From Nitrospirota bacterium (lineage in GTDB: Bacteria; Nitrospirota; Leptospirillia; Leptospirillales; Leptospirillaceae), in assembly GCA_021828805.1 (NCBI GenBank), contig JAJZCZ010000001.1, positions 715 through 64,714 of the forward strand: 64,000 nucleotides of DNA. Direction: 5' to 3'. Made by a program: the position numbers and the translations under genes. Under the pieces are notes generated by a model. That model was not told the DNA's origin. It worked only from the letters and a program-made list of their open reading frames with translations, and ran no database searches. Positions 39,139 through 47,129 of this stretch are shown in pieces. Position 1 is the stretch's first letter; each line of letters begins with the position of its first letter.

Positions 39139-39891
39139 ATGTCCGAATTCACCCTCCCGGCGAAAGAACAGAAGCAGGAGGTTGTTCAGTCCATGTTCAC
39201 CTCGGCGGCCCAGGCCTACGATCTGAACAATTCCGTTCTTTCCCTGGGACAGCACCATCGCTGGAAAAGACGGACGATCCATCTTCTGAATGTTTTGCCG
39301 GGGCACGTGGTGGTCGATCTCTGTGGCGGAACGGCCGATCTTTCGCTTCTGGCAGCAGAAAAGGCGACCGGAACGGGTCTTGTCATGACGGTTGATCTGA
39401 ATCTGGCCATGCTGCGGGTCGGTCTTTCCAAGGCCCGGACCCGTCTGATCGACGGACTCAAAGAGAAGGAGAGCCGGGCTCGTCCGGTCATGATCCAGGC
39501 AAACGCCGAACGGATCCCCCTTCCCGACGGGTCGGTCGACCGACTGACCGTGGGCTTTGGCCTGCGGAACGTCACCAACCTCGATACGGCGCTTTCCGAG
39601 ATCTACCGGATTTTAAAGCCCGGGGGAAAGTTTGCCTGTCTCGAGTTTTCTCACCCCGTCAACGTTATCTGGGACGGGCTTTATCGCTTTTATTCCTTTT
39701 TTATTCTGCCCAAAATCGGTCAATGGATATCCAGGGATAGTACCGGGATTTATGAATATCTTCCTGCCTCGATCGCGAAGTTCCCCAACCAGGAGAGCTT
39801 CAAGAAAACAATCGAGAAGGCCGGATTTTCCCGTGTAGCTTATCGTAATTTCTCTGGGGGGATCGTTGCGATCCATACAGGAGAAAAATAG
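39139..39891 (+). CDS. ubiE: Demethylmenaquinone / ubiquinone C-methyltransferase UbiE/MenG
   Basis: VQSMFTSAAQAYDLNNSVLSLGQHHRWKR, SAM motif VVDLCGGTADL, and FGLRNVTN. The start is 39139 or 39121; the track start at 39058 lies inside the putative -10 element. Confidence 0.85.
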   Translation: MSEFTLPAKEQKQEVVQSMFTSAAQAYDLNNSVLSLGQHHRWKRRTIHLLNVLPGHVVVDLCGGTADLSLLAAEKATGTGLVMTVDLNLAMLRVGLSKARTRLIDGLKEKESRARPVMIQANAERIPLPDGSVDRLTVGFGLRNVTNLDTALSEIYRILKPGGKFACLEFSHPVNVIWDGLYRFYSFFILPKIGQWISRDSTGIYEYLPASIAKFPNQESFKKTIEKAGFSRVAYRNFSGGIVAIHTGEK

Positions 39892-39893
39892 AT

Positions 39894-41471
39894 ATGGAAC
39901 AGATTCTTCTTCCGGTTATTGAAGAAGCCGGTCATGAAGAAAAAGCCAAGAGCCGTTTTCAGAGAATTCTTTTTATCTGGTTGCCGGTACGACAGATCTT
40001 TCCCGTAGGCATTGGATATCTTGTCAACTGGATTCATCGGGTCCACCCCGAAATCAGCCTCGAGGTTCTTGATCTCACACAATTTCCGGAAGGGGAGCAG
40101 CTTTCGGAGCTCGTCAAGGCGATCGACCGGTTTTCTCCGGATCTTCTGGCCTACTCCTGGCGAGATGTCCAGATCTTCGCCCCGCACGAGGGAGACAACT
40201 CCCTTCGCCGGGCCTTTGAGTTCTACTACTCCCCCAACCTTCTGACCCGGGCTTACGCCGCATGGGATGGCGTTCGCATGGTCTGGAAGTACCGGACGGA
40301 GTTTCACAAGAAGCTTCGATTCATCCGGGAGGGAATGCGCCGGGCTCCCAAGGCCCAGGTGATGGTCGGCGGGGGAGCCTTTTCGGTCTTTGCCGAGCAG
40401 ATCATCCTTCTTCTTCCCGAAGGGGTCATCGGAGTGGTGGGCGAAGGCGAAGAGGCCATGGTCAAGATCATCGAGGGGCGCTCTCTCGAGGATGAGCGCA
40501 CAATCATGCGGCGGGGACGGGAAATCATTCTGGGAAAGAAATCCGGAGCCGTCGAGATTCGCCGGGCCCCCTTTGATCTGAACTATCTTGAATCTGTTTT
40601 TCCCGGCCACTCCCTCTACCACGGGAAGACCGTGGGCATTCAGACAAAGCGCGGGTGTCCCTATGGATGCTCCTTCTGTCTCTATACGTATATCGAGGGA
40701 AAGAGGGTTTATTACCGGGACCCCGAAGATGTCATTGACGAGATCATCCAGTACCGAGACCGCTGGGGAATCCGCAATTTCTGGTTTGCGGACGCCCAGT
40801 TCATTCCCGGCGTCAAGGCGGTTCCCGAGTGTCTGGCCCTTCTGCGGGCGATGAAGGAGGCCGATCTGGGAATTACCTGGAGCGGGTATATCCGGACGAG
40901 CCTCATCTCTCCGGAGATGGCGAGCCTCATGGTCGAATCGGGGATGGGAGATCTTGAAGTGGCCATTACATCAGGCTCCCAGGAGATTCTCGACTCTCTC
41001 AGGATGGGCTTCCGTCTCGAAGGGCTCATGGAGGGATGCCAGAACCTCAAGGCCGCCGGTTACCGGGGCAAGATCATTCTCAATTATTCCCTTAATGCTC
41101 CTGGAGAGACTCCGGAGACCCTGGCTCAGGCGGTTGAAAGCTACGAGGAGATCTGTCGGATCTTTGGTCCGGAAAATGTCTACCCCATGGTCTTCTTCCT
41201 CGCAGTCCAGCCCCATACGAGCTTTGAAAAGCGCCTGATGCGGGAGGGATGGCTGGCTCCGGACTACGACCCCATCTCTCTTAACCCCTGGACAATCCGG
41301 AAACTGCTCTACAATCCGGGGCCTCTGGGAGAGCTCATTGCCCGCGCCTGCCTTCTGGCGTGGGATATTGAACCGATGGCCATGGGACGGGTCGTTATGC
41401 GGGAGATCAAGAAGTCGCTGGGCGAGGCGCCGTTTTCGCCGAAAGGTTCCGTGGCGCTCGGGGCTTCCTGA
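39894..41471 (+). CDS. B12-binding-domain radical SAM protein
   Basis: N-terminal Rossmann-like region (VMVGGGAFSVF) and CxxxCxxC motif KRGCPYGCSFCLY. 525 aa. Starts 2 nt after the ubiE stop. Confidence 0.8.
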   Translation: MEQILLPVIEEAGHEEKAKSRFQRILFIWLPVRQIFPVGIGYLVNWIHRVHPEISLEVLDLTQFPEGEQLSELVKAIDRFSPDLLAYSWRDVQIFAPHEGDNSLRRAFEFYYSPNLLTRAYAAWDGVRMVWKYRTEFHKKLRFIREGMRRAPKAQVMVGGGAFSVFAEQIILLLPEGVIGVVGEGEEAMVKIIEGRSLEDERTIMRRGREIILGKKSGAVEIRRAPFDLNYLESVFPGHSLYHGKTVGIQTKRGCPYGCSFCLYTYIEGKRVYYRDPEDVIDEIIQYRDRWGIRNFWFADAQFIPGVKAVPECLALLRAMKEADLGITWSGYIRTSLISPEMASLMVESGMGDLEVAITSGSQEILDSLRMGFRLEGLMEGCQNLKAAGYRGKIILNYSLNAPGETPETLAQAVESYEEICRIFGPENVYPMVFFLAVQPHTSFEKRLMREGWLAPDYDPISLNPWTIRKLLYNPGPLGELIARACLLAWDIEPMAMGRVVMREIKKSLGEAPFSPKGSVALGAS

Positions 41472-41977
41472 TGGACGGGATTCTTCCCGGACCTCTGCCT
41501 CCCGGCTTCCGGGAGCTTCCCGGACCCTTCAGGGTCTTGCTGGGACAGGACGGAACCCTGACCCGCTCCCTGTCCCTTCTGACGGGGGAAGCGGTTTCTG
41601 TGGAACCGGTTCGCCTTCCTGACACCCTCAAGGAGGTCCGAAAGGTCTATCTTCGTGTCCCCACGTCCGGCCGGCTTGTCTTTGCCCGGACCCGGATTCT
41701 CTCCCTGCCTCCGCCGCCGGAGGATCTCCTGATGGAATCTCTCATGAAGGGGGATCTGGCCATCGGACAATCGATGGAGGCCCAGTTCGGACCTCTCCGC
41801 AAGGAAGATTATGCTATTTATTCTTCCCGGGCCCCTTTTGACCCGGATTCGGAGGAGAGGGAAGGACTCCTCTGGACACGGTCCTACCGGATGATTGCCC
41901 CGTCAGGCGCCGCCCTGTTGATCGAAGAATTTTTTCTGCCGGCTCTTTTCGCCCTGGCCGGAGGGGCGAGCCGGTGA
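41471..41977 (+). CDS. Chorismate pyruvate-lyase-like protein (UbiC/DUF98-like)
   Basis: 168 aa. GQDGTLTRSLSLLTGE resembles the UbiC N-terminal motif. The ATG shares a base with the upstream TGA. Confidence 0.55.
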   Translation: MDGILPGPLPPGFRELPGPFRVLLGQDGTLTRSLSLLTGEAVSVEPVRLPDTLKEVRKVYLRVPTSGRLVFARTRILSLPPPPEDLLMESLMKGDLAIGQSMEAQFGPLRKEDYAIYSSRAPFDPDSEEREGLLWTRSYRMIAPSGAALLIEEFFLPALFALAGGASR

Positions 41978-42840
41978 AGCGCCGTCTCCTTGATACCCTT
42001 GAACTGATCCGCTTTGATCGTCCGGTGGGGACCTTGCTCCTCTTTCTTCCGTCCGGATGGTCCATCCTTCTTGCGCGCCCGGGAGAGACCGCCTGGGGGT
42101 GGATCGCCCTCTTCTTCCTTGGCTCCTTCCTCACCCGCTCCGCTGGTTGCGTGATCAATGATCTCCTGGACCGGGACATTGACAAGAAGGTCTCCCGGAC
42201 ACGACGGCGTCCCCTCGCGGATGGCCGGCTTTCCGTTACCTGGGCTGTCGGAGTTTTTGTTGTTCTTACAGGGTTGTCCGCCTCTCTGCTTCCTTTTTTC
42301 TCAAAAGAGGCCATTCTCGTCGCTGTGGCAGGATACGGAACCGCCGTCGTCTATCCCCTGATGAAGCGATTTTTCCCTCTCCCCCAGCTCTTCATGGGGA
42401 TTCCTTTTGGGGCGACGGCCCCGCTGATGGCCTGGGTTCAGTTGACGGGGGGAATCGGTCCAAAGGGAGTGCTCGTGGCCGCGGCGGGACTTTTTTGGGC
42501 GACAGCCTACGATCTGATCTATGCCGTGGCCGACCTTCCTGACGACCGGAAGGCAGGGGTGCGCTCGGGGGCGGTTACATTCGGGGAGCATCTTTGGGCC
42601 GTCTTCCTGGTATTTTCGCTTCTGACGGCCATCCTTTTGTGGGAAGCGGGGCAGAGTCTTCCCCGTTCGGGATGGCTCCTCTGGACAATCCTTCTTTTTC
42701 TTGTCGTGGTCTTGCTCCAGTCCCTGAAACTGAAAAAGGGGCTCGCCGAAGGAGAGCCGATGGTTCTCTTTCGCTCGCATGTGGTCCTGGGGGGTCTTCT
42801 TCTGGCCGGCTTCTGGATGTCGACTCCCATTCTTGTCTGA
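41974..42840 (+). CDS. ubiA: 4-hydroxybenzoate polyprenyltransferase
   Basis: LIRFDRPVGTLLL and the Asp-rich motif NDLLDRDIDKKVSRTRRRPLA. Polytopic. GTGA overlap with the upstream gene. Confidence 0.85.
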   Translation: MKRRLLDTLELIRFDRPVGTLLLFLPSGWSILLARPGETAWGWIALFFLGSFLTRSAGCVINDLLDRDIDKKVSRTRRRPLADGRLSVTWAVGVFVVLTGLSASLLPFFSKEAILVAVAGYGTAVVYPLMKRFFPLPQLFMGIPFGATAPLMAWVQLTGGIGPKGVLVAAAGLFWATAYDLIYAVADLPDDRKAGVRSGAVTFGEHLWAVFLVFSLLTAILLWEAGQSLPRSGWLLWTILLFLVVVLLQSLKLKKGLAEGEPMVLFRSHVVLGGLLLAGFWMSTPILV

Positions 42841-42865
42841 ACCTTTAACTCTTTGGAGGATACTT

Positions 42866-43450
42866 ATGTTTAGAACAGCGGGTCGAATGACGGCAACGGT
42901 AATCGCGGGGGTCGCGCTTTTCTCCTTCGGACTGCTCCCGGGAGCGATGGCCAAGGCGGCCGGAATCATGGTGACGAGCCCGGATTTCAAAAACGGGGGG
43001 AAGATTGGCAACCGCTATGTCTTCTCCGGATTCGGCTGCTCCGGAAAAAATGTCTCTCCTGAGATTCGATGGGGCCGTCTTCCCAAGGGGACCCGTTCCC
43101 TCGCCCTGACGGTATACGATCCCGATGCGCCGACAGGCTCGGGGTGGTGGCACTGGGTGGTGTACAATATTCCTCCCGGAACCCACAAAATCAAGGCGGG
43201 AGCGGGAACGAAGGACGGGAAAGGTCTTCCTGCCGGATCTGTACAGGCGGTGACAGATTTCGGAGCTCCAGGATATGGCGGTCCCTGTCCGCCCAAGGGA
43301 GACCGTCCCCACCATTACATTGTGACCGTTTACGCCCTCAAGACGGCGAAGCTTCCCGTAGGTCCCGGGTCCTCTCCCGCCCTGATCGGATATTTCATTC
43401 ACTTCTCAACCCTGGCCAAGGGACGTCTTGTGGGCCGGTATGGTCGCTAG
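42866..43450 (+). CDS. Periplasmic YbhB/YbcL-family PEBP protein
   Basis: Signal peptide, YDPDAPTGSGWWHWVVYNIP and GYGGPCPPKGDRPHHY. ATG at 42866 follows GGAGGA. Confidence 0.8.
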   Translation: MFRTAGRMTATVIAGVALFSFGLLPGAMAKAAGIMVTSPDFKNGGKIGNRYVFSGFGCSGKNVSPEIRWGRLPKGTRSLALTVYDPDAPTGSGWWHWVVYNIPPGTHKIKAGAGTKDGKGLPAGSVQAVTDFGAPGYGGPCPPKGDRPHHYIVTVYALKTAKLPVGPGSSPALIGYFIHFSTLAKGRLVGRYGR

Positions 43451-43630
43451 TCCTCAGATAAAAGCCCTGTAAGTATTTTCGAAAAGGGATTTACCCCTCT
43501 TCATCCGTGCGCACTCTGGAGGGAGGGGGAAGGGGTTGCGAATTTGGTTTTCGAGGAGTATTCTGTACGAAACGGCAATGCCTTTATCTGCCGCACGAAC
43601 TCTTAAATTATCCTGACTGGAGGTTCCAGA

Positions 43631-43765
43631 ATGGCTCCTACTATCCTCACCGTTGGCAACTGGACAGCTCTCGAGTGGGTGATTCCCGTCGCACTCGCCT
43701 GTGCCATTGTCGCTGGCTGGTTTATGGTCGTCTCTTCGATCTACTCCAATCCCGACGCCAAGTAG
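43631..43765 (+). CDS. Candidate 44-aa single-TM micro-protein
   Basis: ATG lies 6 nt after the CTGGAGG RBS. MAPTILTVGNWTALEWVIPVALACAIVAGWFMVVSSIYSNPDAK. Below the ORF-track length cutoff. Confidence 0.3.
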   Translation: MAPTILTVGNWTALEWVIPVALACAIVAGWFMVVSSIYSNPDAK

Positions 43766-43831
43766 TTTTTAGTCCGTGACATCCGCTTCGGTGGCAATCC
43801 TCTGATGCGCCTTGTCTCGGAGATTAAAAAG

Positions 43832-43990
43832 ATGTGGACCGATGCCCGACCGATATTTTTTATATTGGTTGGTGTCATCGGTCTTTTTTTGCTCCTTCTT
43901 GGCTCCATGATCTGGGGTCTTCTGGGGAACGACTCTTTCTCCAACTACCCTCACGATACCGCGCCCTCATCGACCTCTTCCCAACAGTAG
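43832..43990 (+). CDS. Candidate 52-aa single-TM micro-protein
   Basis: Internal ATG of track ORF 43805-43990, following a GGAG. MWTDARPIFFILVGVIGLFLLLLGSMIWGLL then a polar tail. Confidence 0.3.
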   Translation: MWTDARPIFFILVGVIGLFLLLLGSMIWGLLGNDSFSNYPHDTAPSSTSSQQ

Positions 43991-44226
43991 CGGACCCGAA
44001 CCTCCTCCTTCTCTAACGCTGATCTGGCACTGATCTGGCGATACTCCTCCTGGTTCCTGTTTCTCCTGAGGACACCCCTTATGCATGCGACAACTCTCTC
44101 TTGTCCGCCCTTCTTGCGGCGATGAGTCGGCGTGCATGGCGGCCAAGTGAGACAGAGGGGAAAAGGGGTCAGGAAATGAGGTTGGAAGAGTCTGAGAAGA
44201 GGAGGGGGAGGCAGGACCGGGGCTTC

Positions 44227-45255
44227 TTATTCCAATTCGTCAGAGTCGTCTCGACGGACTCCGGTAAGGTCCGGGAAAACACGTTCTTCGATGCGCACGG
44301 CCCGATTGTTGCGGGATGTGCCAGGCCAGGCGCGAAACTTGACGGATTTTTCAACGAGAAGATTGATCGGGTCACTGGTGTGCCGGTCGAGGGGAAGCAC
44401 ATCGCCGACCTTCCATCCCAGGACTTCCGACAGAGTGGCCTGTCCCCGTCCAAGTTCGGCCACAACCCTGAGAGGAATGTTGTTGAACTGGGTCCGGTAC
44501 CGGTTGATCCAGTTGTGGTCGATTTCGTACTGGTCGCTTTGAAATCCCGTGTAGAGCTTCTCCTTGATCGGCTCGACCGTCGAGTAGGGGATACAAACAT
44601 AGACCGGACGGCCCTGTCCATCAATATCGAGGCGGTAGGTCAGGGAGATCACCTGCTCCGATGGAGAGACGATAGCGGCGAACTGCGGGTTGATTTCGGA
44701 ACGGATATAGGTGGTGGCCACATAGTGAACCGGGGCCCAGGCTTTTTCGAAGTCTCCCATGGCCTGATTGAGAATGTTGCGGGTGATCCTGTTCTCGATG
44801 GGAGAGAAATCCCGTCCTTCGACCTTGACGTGTCCCCGGCCGACACCTCCGAAGAGATGGTCGACAAGAAGATAGACCAGCCGGGCATCAATAATGAAGA
44901 GAAAATTTCGCTTCATCGGCTCAAGGCGGAGAATGTTGATGTTGGAGGGGAGGGCGATCTTCTTGATGAACTCTCCGAACTTGATCATTTCTGTGGAGAG
45001 AGGAGAGAACTCAGCGGTTTTTCGAAGCGTTGCGGAGAGAGTGATCTGGAAAAACCGGGCAAAGCGTTCGTTAATGATATCCAGGGTTGGCATACGACCC
45101 CGGATTACACGCTCCTGGCTGGCAAGGTTGTAATCCCGGGTTTTGCCTTCCGGCCTCTCCGCTATCAACTCCGGGGGCTTTGGGTCGACCTCTCCGTTGG
45201 CGATTCCCCTGAGAAGGGCGTTGACCTCGTCCTGGGAAAGAATGTTTTCACCCAT
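44227..45255 (-). CDS. fliM: Flagellar motor switch protein FliM
   Basis: N-terminal CheY-P binding motif LSQDEVNALL, FliM middle domain, and a C-terminal SpoA-like part (LSEVLGWKVGDVLPLD). 342 aa. Confidence 0.85.
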   Translation of the reverse strand: MGENILSQDEVNALLRGIANGEVDPKPPELIAERPEGKTRDYNLASQERVIRGRMPTLDIINERFARFFQITLSATLRKTAEFSPLSTEMIKFGEFIKKIALPSNINILRLEPMKRNFLFIIDARLVYLLVDHLFGGVGRGHVKVEGRDFSPIENRITRNILNQAMGDFEKAWAPVHYVATTYIRSEINPQFAAIVSPSEQVISLTYRLDIDGQGRPVYVCIPYSTVEPIKEKLYTGFQSDQYEIDHNWINRYRTQFNNIPLRVVAELGRGQATLSEVLGWKVGDVLPLDRHTSDPINLLVEKSVKFRAWPGTSRNNRAVRIEERVFPDLTGVRRDDSDELE

Positions 45256-45289
45256 GAAATTTCTTTCCTTTTTGATTCCATCATGCTTT

Positions 45290-45470
45290 TATGCGGATTT
45301 ACTTTTATTTATTTTAATTAGAAGACTAATTTTTAATCGATTCATTGTCAAATTTTCATTAAAATTAATAGTTTTATATTTATATTTAAATTAAATTAAT
45401 CTGTATTTTATCTTTTAAATAATTAATTTATTGTATTTTATTAATTTTCATTCTAAAAATTATCTTTTGA
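45290..45470 (-). promoter_or_regulatory. Extreme AT-rich tract with candidate sigma70-like promoter for fliM
   Basis: I count 22 G/C in the 180 nt 45301-45480. On the minus strand: TTGACA (45351-45346), 17-nt spacer, TAGTCT (45328-45323). Confidence 0.35.
45386..45409 (+). repeat. 24-nt AT-rich motif, copy 2 (TTAAATTAAATTAATCTGTATTTT)
   Basis: Matches 35436-35459 at 22 of 24 positions. Confidence 0.5.
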
Positions 45471-45740
45471 AAAGGGTATAGATGTTCCGTGCCGGAGGGA
45501 GAGGAGCGGTTCCCTGCATGTATGGAGACAGAGTCCCGGAGGCCTGCTGTTCCTGGAGTTTTTCCTGATCATTTCAGACTTTCTCTGAACTGATAGTCCG
45601 ATTGGTGAAATTTGGCGGTACGCTTGAAGTGTCAGGGGTTTTCCGGGTAATCTGAAGGGATGTATCCCTTTTTCCTTTCGCAGGATTTGCAGGAAGGGGA
45701 TCGTCGGAGTCAACGTCAGGAACTTTGAAAGGATCAATTC

Positions 45741-47111
45741 ATGGCAGAGAAAGACGGCATGACCGCGCTTGAAAAGAGAACGCTGGCGGGTCTCAGCCTT
45801 ATATTCGCAATACGGATGTTCGGTCTTTTCATCGTTCTTCCCGTGATCAGCCTTTACGCCAGAACACTTCCTGGTGCCGATCCTCTCTGGCTGGGGTTGG
45901 CTCTGGGTGGATACGGCCTCTCACAGGCCATCTTCCAGGTGCCCTTCGGGATGCTCTCTGACCGCTTCGGACGAAAACCTGTGATTGTAACCGGACTCCT
46001 CATCTTTGCCGGGGGATCGGTGATGGCGGCGACAGCGCATAGTGTCTTCGGACTCTTTGTCGGCCGGCTCATCCAGGGGACCGGGGCGGTTGCTTCCGTG
46101 GTCATCGCCCTTATGGCCGACCTGACCCGTGAAGAGTACCGGACCCGGGCGATGGCCGGTATCGGGGTTTCCATCGGTCTCTCTTTTGCGGTTGGAATGG
46201 TGGTGGGACCGATCGTAGGGGCCGCGTATGGGGTCTCTTCTCTATTCTGGCTCACCGCGACCCTGGCGCTGTTAGGAATCGGGATCATCCTCTTTGTGGT
46301 TCCTTCTCCCCAGGGAGCTGTCCACAAAAATGAGATGGAGCTTTCGTTTTCCCAGCTGGGATATGTCCTGAAAAATCCCGCCCTGCTCCGGATCGACATC
46401 TCTGTGTTTTCTCTTCACCTGTTTCTGACGGCGGTTTTTGTGAGCTTCCCCGTCCTGCTCAAGCAGTACATCGCGCCTTCTGCGATGTGGAAGGTCTACC
46501 TTCCCGTCATTTTAGGGGGTATGTTTCTCATGGTTCCGGCGATGATCTTCGCTGAAAAGAAAAAGAAGCTGAAGAAGGCCTTTCTGATCGCGGTAGCCCT
46601 TGTCGTGCTGAGTTTTGTCATTTTCCTCGGGGGCTACAAGAGTGAGACAGGCCTGATTGCCGGGCTTACGGTCTTCTTTATCGGATTCAACCTCCTTGAG
46701 CCCCTCATGCCGTCCATCATGACCCGCTTTGTCAGGACCCGGACCCGGGGAACCTCATCAGGGGTCTTTAACATGAGCCAGTTCATGGGAGCCTTCCTCG
46801 GCGGAGTTCTGGGGGGGGGACTGGCGTCCGTGTCAAACACCGCGCTTTTCTCGACGCTGCTTGTGATCTCGGCGGTGTGGCTTTTAATCGCTCTCGGACT
46901 GACCGACCCGAATCTTCTGGAAACCTTCGAGCGGCCGGTTGGTGAAGGGCTCCATGATCCCCAGCCGCTTGTCCGGCAGATGGGAGAGATGTCGGGTGTG
47001 ATCGATTGCCGCTACCGTGAGGCCGACCGGATCTTGTGGGTGAAATACCTTCGGGACCGGACGACTCCGGAAGACCTCGAAAGGAAGCTTTCCGGACTTC
47101 TCGAAGCCTAA
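45741..47111 (+). CDS. MFS transporter with C-terminal soluble extension
   Basis: Motif A GMLSDRFGRKP, about 12 TM segments, and a roughly 60-aa hydrophilic tail. Confidence 0.8.
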   Translation: MAEKDGMTALEKRTLAGLSLIFAIRMFGLFIVLPVISLYARTLPGADPLWLGLALGGYGLSQAIFQVPFGMLSDRFGRKPVIVTGLLIFAGGSVMAATAHSVFGLFVGRLIQGTGAVASVVIALMADLTREEYRTRAMAGIGVSIGLSFAVGMVVGPIVGAAYGVSSLFWLTATLALLGIGIILFVVPSPQGAVHKNEMELSFSQLGYVLKNPALLRIDISVFSLHLFLTAVFVSFPVLLKQYIAPSAMWKVYLPVILGGMFLMVPAMIFAEKKKKLKKAFLIAVALVVLSFVIFLGGYKSETGLIAGLTVFFIGFNLLEPLMPSIMTRFVRTRTRGTSSGVFNMSQFMGAFLGGVLGGGLASVSNTALFSTLLVISAVWLLIALGLTDPNLLETFERPVGEGLHDPQPLVRQMGEMSGVIDCRYREADRILWVKYLRDRTTPEDLERKLSGLLEA

Positions 47112-47129
47112 GTCCCCAAAGGAGCCATT

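Noticed and set aside
44101-45321. 406-aa plus-strand ORF covering all of fliM in antisense.
   Set aside because: The FliM frame has clear family motifs. The antisense frame has none, runs into the AT tract, and lacks an RBS.
35290-45470. The two AT tracts with a shared 24-mer as attL/attR of an integrated island.
   Set aside because: No integrase, transposase, tRNA or phage/plasmid gene lies between or beside them. The enclosed genes (ppx, ubiE, ubiA, etc.) look like core genes with host-like composition, and the shared motif is low-complexity.
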